Shown: positions 48,952-61,200 of the stretch, in pieces
Layout: every line of letters starts with the position of its first letter
Position numbering within the stretch: the stretch's first letter is position 1
NCBI GenBank assembly: GCA_032718475.1
Contig: JAUCBJ010003670.1
Location: 6,226-70,225, forward strand
Reading direction: 5' to 3'
Origin: Nemertoderma westbladi
Lineage: Eukaryota > Animalia > Xenacoelomorpha
DNA: 64,000 bases
The notes under the pieces: model-generated
Seen by the model: the letters and a program-made list of their open reading frames with translations, nothing else
Told to the model about the DNA's origin: nothing
Database searches by the model: none
Program-made: the position numbers and the translations under genes

Positions 48952-49137
48952 TTATTATTATTATTAAGATATATCAACAATACAATATAATATAATATAA
49001 TATAAATATCAATAAACCATCACCATTACTATGTATATATGTAACAATTCACAAAAAACAGCATTTTACAACAAAAAGTATGTACAACTGTAGTATTAGT
49101 ATATTTATCATGGCAATCTTTCGTTCTATTTATTACC

Positions 49138-49839
49138 TTATTTGAAAAGATTGTGTAATCGTATACCAGCAATCAACAGACATTGTTTTCGATTTAAATA
49201 ATGTCCACACCAAGTGAGATAGCGGTGACATCGTATAAATTCGTTATACTTCTTAGTTTGACATTTACGTTCTATACCACGTCCGTAGCATTTAGTACTG
49301 GAAATATGACTTAGAGTATGCTCCGTCAAAGTGCGAATTACTCTCATACACAAATCATTGCAAAGAATACCTTCATCAAGTTTCAAATAATACTTTTTTG
49401 GTTTTATACCTCTTGAAGATGATTCATCTTTATATGTCTTAAAGTAAATATCAAAACTACGTAAATTCTTATTTAATTTTACTGTGATATTTTTATGTTC
49501 TTCATCAAACAACCAAGGTACCATAAAGCCGCCTTTTTTCACTATATATCGATAAAAAATATTCTGTGATATTGTAAATAACTCGTTAGGTTCGTTACTT
49601 TTTCCTGAAATGTAAATAGAATTCCGCAGCTCTTTCCAATAATATGGATTATATAACTTGTTTACTCTGCAAAGTGTCTGTACTCTACAAATTGGACAAA
49701 TTTTAGTACAATCATTAATTTCAACATGTTGATCAATACATGTCACGCAAGTTCCATGTTTATTAACACATATGTAACAATCAAGATGTTTTAAATTAGA
49801 ATAACAAATACTACAATTTGTGTTTATTAATATATCCAT
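49138..49839 (-). CDS. RING-finger (C3HC4-like) protein, putative E3 ligase
   Basis: CSIC-x11-CVNKH-x2-CVTC-x13-CPICR at the N-terminus of a 233-aa ORF. Confidence 0.75.
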   Translation of the reverse strand: MDILINTNCSICYSNLKHLDCYICVNKHGTCVTCIDQHVEINDCTKICPICRVQTLCRVNKLYNPYYWKELRNSIYISGKSNEPNELFTISQNIFYRYIVKKGGFMVPWLFDEEHKNITVKLNKNLRSFDIYFKTYKDESSSRGIKPKKYYLKLDEGILCNDLCMRVIRTLTEHTLSHISSTKCYGRGIERKCQTKKYNEFIRCHRYLTWCGHYLNRKQCLLIAGIRLHNLFK

Positions 49840-49906
49840 TTTTCTTAAATAACCAAACCAAAATCGTTAAAATGTTGATAAAATATTTATAATATAGCTG
49901 AAAGAG

Positions 49907-50200
49907 TCAAGAATCATCTTCATTGTCATCGGTTTCATCAGTGGTTACAAGGGTTTCTTTCGAAATAATAACAATAAACAAAGCCATAATTTCATAAGCA
50001 TTTTTACGATCTAATTTGATCTCAAACTTTTCACATTTATTGCTCGCTATATTACCACTATATTGAGTAATAACAATAAAGTTATCTGACATTGATAAAA
50101 TTGTGAATTTATCTAAATCATCTTCTTCTTTGTAATCTAAAAGGTAATTAGTAGAATCTACCTCACCGAAAATATCAATAGATCGTAGTTCTTTTCTTGC
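49907..50200 (-). pseudogene. 5'-truncated Polinton ORF
   Basis: The first 12 codons of the predicted ORF come from the adjacent repeat (identical to ORF 55578). The junction is at ~50200. Confidence 0.55.
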
Positions 50201-51732
50201 TTGGTGGGATAAATATTTCTCCATTTGACGCAACACCGCCGCGGCCGCTATGAGGGAGGTGAATACCGCGGCCGCTCCTAAAGCCGCAGGCCATCGCTAA
50301 CTATATAGGTTAACTTGGGATTCTGGGGGACTTTTCGATGAAGGAACTGACCAAATTTTTTTATTTTCTCACCAGGGGAGCGGCTCGGAATTCTAAGATA
50401 TTAGCAACTCTAACATTATTAAATCTAACCCTTCGACGGACACGGCGGACAAAAAACCGTCATTTTTTCGACAATTTTAAAATTTTTTTGAAAGGCGCTC
50501 TACAGTGGCTCGAAAAAACCCTAGGTTATTGCTTAGCCGACGCCGGGATACGATAGAAGGGATTAATTAGTGAATTCGTTTTTTTTTTCAAAAAAGATTA
50601 CCACGCCTTTTTTCCGAAAATGTCCGTCAAAGTTGAAAAAACGGACAAAATGACTTTGCGGGATCCGCTATAACTCGGCTAATATTAATCGTACGGGGAC
50701 GAAAGTAACGCGGTTGGAAAGGGGAAGAGTGGTACTACCTTCGTATCGAATGGGGGTAAGATATTTATTAAAATTTCGGGTGGAAAAAGGGGCTGTAAAT
50801 TTGTACGTTTTTGTCCGTCTTTTTTGGAAAACTTATTTCCGAAATGTTTAATTCGACAACGCGGGTAGGAATCCACTAATTCTTTTATGAAACTCGTAGA
50901 AGACCATTGGGGCTACGTTCCTATCGAATGGGGGTACAAAAAATATGTCGGCAATAGGGGCCAAAAAGGGCCAGAATTTGTAAAGTAGTTTTTATCGAAT
51001 AATTTTTTATTTTTAACTTTAGTTGGTTAAGGTACATTCTATACAGTCAATATCCATACGGGGAATTCAAATATGCTATCGGTTTTGCTCCAAGGATGAT
51101 ATTAAAAAAATGAGGGCCAAAATTATAATTTCGCGCTTCAAACTTGCTTCGCGGGAAATCGTCTAGCTCGAAAACTACTTAACTTACGGGAGATTTGTTT
51201 ACACAGACTTATAGTGCGTTAAATTATCTATCTAACAGCGTTAATCACAGCGCCGGAGGTATTATAAAACTGGAGCGGCAGGCGATCGTGTGAAATATAA
51301 TATTTATAAAAAGGGACGAAAATTTTTTTTTTTAACAAATCGCTATTCCATTATAATTTAGCGTATTGCGCCAAAAGTACCTGTAAAAAGTATCAAATTA
51401 ACTCCGCTATCTTTTATCTTAACATATATAATTAAAATTACGAATTTTAAGGGTCGAAAAATATCGCGTTATTTTGGCCCTTTTTTTTAATTTTTTTGGG
51501 GCCAAAAATAACCCCTTCTCAAAAGATTAAGAAAAAAATTACGGCAAAGAATATACCAATTTTATTGAATTTGGACCACCAGAACCGAAGTTAGAGCGAT
51601 TTTAGTGAAAAAATAAAAATAATTTTTTTTGCAAAAAAATTAAGAATGGTCAGGTCAATATTGGATTTCGAACCCGCGAACTTAGGTTTCATTAACGTGA
51701 TTGATAACCACTAGACTATGTGACCGAGAGAA
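50200..51732 (-). repeat. ~1.5-kb inverted copy of 54081-55614
   Basis: Near-perfect reverse complement, shown by the mirror ORFs 50338/55258 and 50685/54938. Confidence 0.95.
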
Positions 51733-52299
51733 AGCCGCCCCAATATTAGATTATTACAACAACATATCCATTGGGTAAGAAAGTGGAGGAGAGCCAGCCC
51801 GTCTCTTAATTTTTTACTTTATATTACGCGATCAATTTTCACTCATCTCGTCATGAACCCAACATGTATGTAACCTTTTGTTAAATTTGTTGGCTATGCG
51901 TTTGCGGTTGTTTGGGCGGAGTGTGGTAGGCCTACACTTTTCACACTTAAATATTTTGGTTGTGAAATGTTACAGGGCATAGCGATCTGAGATATTTCAT
52001 TTATATTTTATTATGAGAGGAAGAAGAACATACAACGTTATTTACTATGTAACAAAATAATTGTTTTCGGGTTTAACTTGGAAGCCTCCCCAAATAGTTG
52101 ATATACAATTATATTTAAAATTATTTCCATGGTCATGGTCATTCACCCGTCTTTAGTTAGAAATTTGTTTGCATGAAAGACAGTTTAGTTTAGTTTTTAC
52201 TGATTTATTATCTCTTATCTGACTGGGGTAATAATAAAGGATAGGATAAATGGAAGCAAAGTGTGACAGTAACAAATATTTCCCCGTCACCCTAGCATG

Positions 52300-55200
52300 T
52301 CTTAAGTATATGATATATCAAAGGGGGAAGTTTGGATTCACTGCATAAATGCAGTTCACCAAACTTCCCCCGAATGCACACTGTAACTTCCCCCTTCCCC
52401 CAAATATCCACTGTTGAATTAATTTGAAGCGATATAATAAGTACAAAATTGTACGAGTTTTTAATTGTGTGGTCCAATTGTTATTTGATTTCTACTGTAT
52501 TTATTATTTAAAGTGCATTTAATATCACACTGGTTTGTAGAATATTATACTATACAACCTTATGTTTTATTAATTTACCCAATCGAAGCCTCATAAGGGC
52601 CGGTTATTTGTACGCATATCCCCTAATGCGCTCAGTAAGGTTCAAACAACATATTAACCCTATTCCACCTGGGCTCTTTTGTCCGAGATTCCACCTGGGG
52701 TTGGGCATAATATGCCCAACAGTTTATTATTCACTAAAAAGTAATGATAATTTTATCAAAACTTTCCAAATTTTCGCAGGTTTATAGAAAAATATATAAT
52801 GCATCTGTTCTGAGTTTTATATATTCATAATTTAAAATAATATATCCACATAAATTAATTATCATGAAGATAACCCATTATAGTAAAAAGATGAGATAAT
52901 ACTATACATACTCCTCCCAACACTACTGTCTGCCTAACTCTGCCAGACATCACAAGTGAAAATTTTGCTTGCAGGGGTGCTGTTATTGAATAGATATATT
53001 CATTCACCTCTGTTTATGTCTGCTGTATTACATTAGGAATATACTGGGTTCAATGGTGGTTGTTGTTTTATCCTAGTAGACTTATTGCTTGCATATCTGT
53101 CAGTTTAGTATTTTGTTATTAAACAATAATGTGATTGATGTGTACTAATCCAAGCAGTAGACAATCTTGTGTTTGAATTTATCTTTACAACCCAGCCAAG
53201 TGAATGTCCTGGACCGTAATTGGTTGCATTCTAGCTTGTTGACCAGGGGAACTATCCAACCAGGGATTATCTTTTCTACCAGTTAGGCTAATAAAGATAT
53301 TATAATAAAAAAATGTGACTATTATATTAAAAACACACCATAGCACAAAAAGTATAAATGATGAAAAAAATATTTTGTTACCATCAGAAAGCCAATTAAA
53401 TTCTAGGAAAAGTCAATGAATTTCATAATAATACATAAAAATCATCATCATGAATTTCTAAAAATAAAAAGTGTTGGGCAGATTCTGCCCAACCCCAGGT
53501 GGAATAGGGTTAATATGAAAATAAAGTATCTGCAAAGAAAATAACCCAATACTATATAATTTGACCTTATTAAAAAATTTGCACTTTTGCACACTTATTT
53601 GTACAAATGCACTTTAGCAGATCGTAATGGTGGCTCTTATTTAACAAACTTATGTTTATCCTCTACCGATCTACGATGGTGTATGATCAAGTGTCAGTCG
53701 CTAAAAGTGTCAAAAATCCAATTTAATAAATCTGGATTTGCGATTTTGGACCATATTCATGGACATTTTAAGTCACTTTATAGACATAAAAAGTTAAACA
53801 AATGTTACGATTATAGTTAGAAATCATTCCAAACTACATTTTAATCCAAAAAATAACATTCTACGATGAATAGAACTGGAAATAATAGTGTTTGAAATAT
53901 CGAAAAAATGTTCACTATTTAAGTGCATTTTGCACTAAGTGCACATAAGTCTTTTCCCAAGTTTTATCCTATTTCACACACTACAATCTATCCTCTATCC
54001 AATGAAAAAAGTTTCAGATTAAACGGCCCTGTAGAACCGAAGTTATTTATGTTTAAAAATAGTCACTCGAAAATTTCAAATTCTCTTGGTCACATAGTCT
54101 AGTGGTTATCAATCACGTTAATGAAACCTAAGTTCGCGGGTTCGAAATCCAATATTGACCTGACCATTCTTAATTTTTTTGCAAAAAAAATTATTTATAT
54201 TTTTTCACTAAAATCGCTCTAACTTCGGTTCTGGTGGTCCAAATTCAATAAAATTGGTATATTCTTTGCCGTAATTTTTTTCTTAATCTTTTGAGAAGGG
54301 GTTATTTTTGGCCCCAAAAAAATTAAAAAAAAGGGCCAAAATAACGCGATATTTTTCGACCCTTAAAATTCGTAATTTTAATTATATATGTTAAGATAAA
54401 AGATAGCGGAGTTAATTTGATACTTTTTACAGGTACTTTTGGCGCAATACGCTAAATTAAAATGGAATAGCGATTTGTTAAAAAAAAAAATTTTTCGTCC
54501 CTATTTATAAATATTATATTTCACACGATCGCCTGCCGCTCCAGTTTTATAATACCTCCGGCGCTGTGATTAAAGCTGTTAGATAGATAATTTAACGCAC
54601 TATAAGTCTGTGTAAACAAATCTCCCGTAAGTTAAGTAATTTTCGAGCTAGACGATTTCCCGCGAAGCAAGTTTGAAGCGCGAAATTATAATTTTGGCCC
54701 TCATTTTTTTAATATCATCCTTGGAGCAAAACCGATAGCATATTTGAATTCCTCGTATGGATATTGACTGTATAGAATGTACCTTAACCAACTAAAGTTA
54801 AAAATAAAAAATTATTCGATAAAAACTACTTTACAAATTCTGGCCCTTTTTGGCCCCTATTGCCGACATATTTTTTGTACCCCCATTCGATAGGAACGTA
54901 GCCCCAATGGTCTTCTACGAGTTTCATAAAAGAATTAGTGGATTCCTACCCGCGTTGTCGAATTAAACATTTCGGAAATAAGTTTTCCAAAAAAGACGGA
55001 CAAAAACGTACAAATTTACAGCGCCCTTTTTCCACCCGAAATTTTAATAAATATCTTACCCCCATTCGATACGAAGGTAGTACCACTCTTCCCCTTTCCA
55101 ACCGCGTTACTTTCGTCCCCGTACGATTAATATTAGCCGAGTTATAGCGGATCCCGCAAAGTCATTTTGTCCGTTTTTTCAACTTTGACGGACATTTTCG

Positions 55201-58200
55201 GAAAAAAGGCGTGTAATCTTTTTTGAAAAAAAAAACGAATTCACTAATTAATCCCTTCTATCGTATCCCGGCGTCGGCTAAGCAATAACCTAGGGTTTTT
55301 TCGAGCCACTGTAGAGCGCCTTTCAAAAAAATTTTAAAATTTTCGAAAAAATGACGGTATTTTGTCCGCCGTGTCCGTCGAGGGGTTAGATTTAATAATG
55401 TTAGAGTTGCTAATATCTTAGAATTCCGAGCCGCTCCCCTGGTGAGAAAATAAAAAAATTTGGTCAGTTCCTTCATCGAAAAGTCCCCCAGAATCCCAAG
55501 TTAACCTATATAGTTAGCGATGGCCTGCGGCTTTAGGAGCGGCCGCGGTATTCACCTCCCTCATAGCGGCCGCGGCGGTGTTGCGTCAAATGGAGAAATA
55601 TTTATCCCACCAAGGTGGACCCAAAATGAAGTTATACTTAAAGAACGACCACGAGGTAAAGGGAAAAGCGTGGAGGGGGGGGGGGGGGGGGTATGCGTCG
55701 AATGACACGAGGGGAGACGAACTGGACTCGTTAATTTTATATTACTCGAAATTGTATGTAATATATTTTCGCTCCCAGTCTACACTCGTTCTATATACCG
55801 GTGACCCATTAATATTAATATATACTACTCAGTCGTTTGTACATAATACGAAGCCTGTAAGTTATAGTCACCGAAACATGTCAGCTCGGAAATTATAATA
55901 TATGAATCAAGGATGTCTCTCTTATGATCTACATAGAATAGATATGGTTATTGATACTGTTACATTGTGATAATGGATTCTAGGTTTCTTTCACTGGTAA
56001 ATCCGTATAAAAGTTGAAGTAATAAAATTTAATTACAGAACCATAGTTCGAAGATCAGCATTATTCATACCAGTCATTGCTTAGAAATTTTACAGGATAA
56101 TATTGTTAATCTGACTTAAGTTGTTTAGGTTGAACAAAGTCTACATAGTAAACAACAGGTCCTCCAAAGAGTGTGTCTTTGTTATATTATATCATGAAGG
56201 GGGAAGTTAGATTCACTGCATAAATGCAGTTTATCTAACTTCCCCCAAATATCCACTGATGATTAAAATTGAAGCAATATATTAAGTCCGAAAAGGTTCG
56301 AGTTTTTTAATAAATTGTCTGGTCCATTTGTTATCTGATCTCTATTTATTGTTTAAAGTTCATTTAAGATCACACTGGTTTTTAGAATATTACAACCTTA
56401 TTTATTATTAATTTATACAATCGAACCCTTATAAGGACCGGTTATTTGTACACATACTCTTAATGCGCTCAGTAAGGTCCATACAACATATTAATATGAA
56501 AATAAATTATCTGCAACGAAAAGAACCCAATAATACACCATTTGACCTTATTAAAAAAAATTGCACATTTGCACCCATGTTTGCACAAGTGCACTTTAGC
56601 GGATCCTAAAGGTGGTTCCTATTTAACACACTTATGTCTATTCTCTACCGATCTACGATGGTGCATGATCAAGTGTCAGTCGCTAAAAGTGTCAAAAATC
56701 CAATTTAATAAATCGCGACATTTGCGATTTTGGACCATATTCATGGACAGTTTAAGTCACTTTATAGACATAAAAAGATAAACAAATGTTAAGATTATAG
56801 TTAGAAATCACTCCAAACTACATTTTAACCCAAAAAATAACATTCTAGGATGTATAGAACTTGAAATAATAGTGTTTGAAATATCGAAAAAATGTCCACT
56901 ATTTAAGTGCATTTTGCACTAAGTGCACATGCGTCTTTTCCCAAGTTGTATCCTATTTCACACACTACAATCTATCCTCTATCCAATGAAAAAAGATTCA
57001 GATCAAACGGCCCAGTAGAACCGAAGTTATTGATGTTTAAAAATAGTCACTCGAAAATTTCAAATTCACTTGGTCACATAGTCTAGTGGTTATCAATCAC
57101 GTTAATGAAACCTAAGTTCGTGGGTACGAAATCCAATATTGGCCATTCTTAATTTTTTGCAAAAAAAAATTTTTTTATTTTTTCACTAAAATCGCTCTAA
57201 CTTCGGTTCTGGTGGTCTAAATTCAATAAAATTGGTATATTCTTTGCCGTAATTTTTTTTTCTATCTTTTGAGAGGGGGTCATTTTTGGCCCCAAAAAAA
57301 AATGAAAAAAAGGGCCAAAATTACGCGATATTTTTGGGCCCTTAAAATTCATAATTTTAATTATAAATGTTAAGAAAAAAGGTAGCGGAGGTAATTTTCT
57401 ACATTTTAAATGTACTTTTGGCGCAATACGCTAAATTATAATAGAGTAGCGATTTATTAAAAAAAAAAAATTTTTCGTCCCTTTTTATAAATATTTTATT
57501 TCACACGATCGTCTGCCGCACCAGTTGTATAATAGCTACGGCGTTGTAACTAAGGCTGAAAGATAGATAATTTAACGCTCTATAAGAATGTTTAAATGCG
57601 TCTCCCAGACGTTGAGTAGTTTTCGAGCTAGACGTGTTCCCGCGCAACCAGTTTGAAACGCGAAATTTTAATATTGGCCCTCATTTTTTTTATATCATTT
57701 GCGCAGCAAAACCAATCGAATATTTGAATTCCTCGTATCGATATTAACCGTATAAAATGTACCTTAACCATGTAGAGTCAAAAATAAAAAAGTTATTAGT
57801 TATAAACCTTTTATCACTTTCTGGCCCTTTTTGGACCCTTTTGCCGACATATTTTTTGTACCCCCATTCGATAGGAATGTCGCCCCTGTGGTCTGTTACG
57901 CCTTCCGAAAAAGAATTGGCAGATTCCTACTAGCGTTTCCGAATTAAAAATTTCGGAAATATTAATTATATAAAAATGACGGACAAAAACGGAAAAGTTA
58001 CGGCCCCTTTTACGACCCGAAATATTAAAAAATATCTTACCCCCATTCGATACGAACGTAGTACCACTCTTCTCATATCCAGACGTGTTACTTTTGTCTC
58101 CGTACGATTAATATTATCCGACTTATAGTGAAAACCGCAAAGTCATTTTGTCCGTTTTCTCGAATTTGACGGACATTAGCCGGTAAACCATCGACTTAAT

Positions 58201-61200
58201 TTTTAAAACAAAAATATGTGAAATCTAATTTTTAGACCCTCTTTCGATTCCGGGCGACCTCTAGCAGGTAGGGGCGATATTTAATTTTTTTTACATAGAC
58301 CCTAATGGTGAATTCGCGTGAAGAAAACGGACAATCGTCCGTACTGTCCGTCAAACCGATAGATTCGCTAAAAGCTCTGAAGAATCTTATTTTTTTGGCA
58401 TTACGCGTCCCCCCTCGAAAAATCGAGAAAATCGTACGGCTGGAAATAGGTCGAATGGGGGGGGAACACCGTTTTCGCAGTAACTACGCGTCCAGTATGT
58501 AGACTGCGTCCTTTAGAGGGGCGGCGAATTCACCTCACTCAACGCCGCCCTTACTGAATGTTTTTAAAAAATGTTTCTACCCACCAAGGTGGGCCCCTCA
58601 ATATAGATATACTTAAAGAAAGACCACGAGGTAAAGGGAAAAGCGTGGAGGGGGGGGGGGGGGGAGGGGGGGGGGGTATAGGTTGAATGACACTCGTTAA
58701 TTTTATATTACTCGAAATTTTATGTAATATATTTTCGCTCCCAGTGTTCACTTGTTCTATATACCGGTGACCCATTAATATTAATATATTCTACTCAGTC
58801 GTTAGTACGTATGATACGAAATCTGTAAGTTATAGTCACCGAAACATTTCAGCTCTGAAATTATAATACGTGAATCGAGGCTGTTTCTGTTACGATCTAC
58901 ATATAATAGATATGGTTATTGATACTGTTACATTGTGATAATAGATTCTAGGTTTCTTTTACTGGTAAATCCGTATAAAAGTTGAAGTAATAAAATTTAA
59001 TTACAGAACCATAGTTCGAAGATCAGCATTTTTCATACCAGTCATTGCTTAGAAATTTTACAGGATAATATTGTTAATCTGACTTAAGTTGTTTAGGTTG
59101 AACAAAGTCTACATAGTAAACAACAGGTCCTCCAAAGAGTGTGTCTTTGGTATATTATATCATGAAGGGGGAAGTTAGATTCACTGCATAAATGCAGTTT
59201 ATCTAACTTCCCCCAAATATCTACTGTTGAATAAAATTGAAGCAATATATTAAGTCCGAAGAGGTGCGAGTTTTTTAATAAATTGTGTGGTCCATTTGTT
59301 ATCTGATCTCTATTTATTGTTTAAAGTTCATTTAAGATCACACTGGTTTTTAGAATATTACAACCTTATTTATTATTAATTTATACAATTGAACCCTTAT
59401 AAGGACCGGTTATTTGTACACATACTCCTAATGCGCTCAGTAAGGTCCAAACAACATATTAATATGAAAATAAACTATCTGCAACGAAAAGAACCCAATA
59501 ATACACCATTTGACCTTATTAAAAAAAATTGCACATTTGCACACATATTTGCACAAGTGCACTTTAGCGGATCCTAAAGGTGGTTCCTATTTAACACACT
59601 TATGTCTATTCTCTACCGATCTACGATGGTGCATGATCAATTGTCAGTTGCTAAAAGTGTCAAAAATCCAATTTAATAAATCGCGACATTTGCGATTTTG
59701 GACCATATTCATGGACATTTTAAGTCTCTTTATAGACATAAAAAGATAAACAAATGTTAAGATTATAGTTAGAAATCATTCCAAACTACATTTTAACCCA
59801 AAAAATAACATTCTAGGATGTATAGAACTTGAAATAATAGTGTTTGAAATATCGAAAAAATGTGCACTATTTAAGTGCAATTTGAACTATGTGCACATGC
59901 GTCTTTTCCCAAGTTGTATCCTATTTCACACACTACAATCTATCCTCTATCCAATGAAAAAAGATTCAGATCAAACGGCCCAATAGAACCGAAGTTATTG
60001 ATGTTTAAAAATAGTCACTCGAAAATTTCAAATTATATTGTTCACGTAGTCTAGTGGTTATCAATCATGTTAATGAAACCTAAGTTCGTGGGTACGAAAT
60101 CCAATATTGACCATTCTTATTTTTTTGTAAAAAAATTTTTTTTTATTTTTTTCACTAAAATCGCTCTAACTTCGGTTCTGATGGTCCAAATTCAATAAAA
60201 TTGGTATATTCTTTGCCGTAATTTTTTTTTCTATCTTTTAAGAGGGGGTCATTTTTGGCCCCAAAAAAAAATGAAAAAAAGGGCCAAAATTACGCGACAT
60301 TTTTCGACCCTTAAAATTCGTAATTTTAATTATAAATGTTAAGAAAAAAGATAGCGGAGGTAATTTGCTAAATTTTAAATGTACTTTTGGCGCAATACGC
60401 TAAATTATCATAGAGTAGCGAATTATTAAAAAAAAAAAATTTTTCGTCCCTTTTTTAAAATATTTTATTTCACACGATCGTCTGCCGCACCAGTTGTATA
60501 AAAGCTAACGCGCTGTAACTACCGTTGAAAGATAGATAATTTAACGCACTATAAGTCTGTGTAAACAAATCTCCCGTAAGTTAAGTAGTTTTCGAGCTAG
60601 ACGATTTCCCGCGAAGCGAGTTTGAAGGGCGAAATTTTATTTTTGGCCCTCATTTTTTTAATAGCGTCCGCGGAGCAAAACCGATAGCATATTTGAATTC
60701 CCCGTATCGATATTGACTGTATAGAATGTACCTTAACCAACTAAACTGAAAAATAAAAAATTATTCGATAAAAACTATTTTTCATATTCTGGCCCTCTTT
60801 GGCCCCTATTGTCGACATATTTGTTGTACCCCCACTCGATAGAAACGTAGCCCCAATGGTCTTCTACGAGTTTCAAAAAAGAATTAGTGGAATCCTACCC
60901 GCGTTGTCAAATTAAACATTTCGGAAATAAAATTTCGAAAAAAGACGGACAAAAACGTACAAATTTACGGCCCCTTTTTCCACCCGAAATTTTAATAAAT
61001 CTCTTACCCCCATTCGATACGAAGGTAGACCCACTCGTCGTCGTTGCAACCGCGTTACTTTCGTTTCCGTACGATAAATAGTAGCCGAGTTATTACGGAT
61101 CCCGCAAAGTCATTTTGTCCGTTTTTTCAACTTTGACGGACAATAGACGGAAAACAAGCCCGGAGGCGGGCTATTCCAAGAAGTGGAAACGTCTATTTTA

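Larger units (their letters stand above)
18167..50200. mobile_element. Polinton/Maverick (adintovirus-like endogenous virus), decayed, right end missing
   Basis: Putative left terminus AGTAGGGACG with internal tandem repeats (18574-18727, 18838/19141). Carries pPolB, protease, MCP, two mCPs, integrase and ATPase. No right TIR seen. Confidence 0.93.

Noticed and set aside
54085-54152. Functional tRNA genes here, in the other repeat units and in the SINE heads
   Set aside because: They have A/B boxes but no complete cloverleaf or acceptor stem, so they are treated as tRNA-derived.
50200-55614. Inverted repeat as the Polinton TIR
   Set aside because: It does not match the left terminus at 18167 and is part of the downstream tandem repeat.
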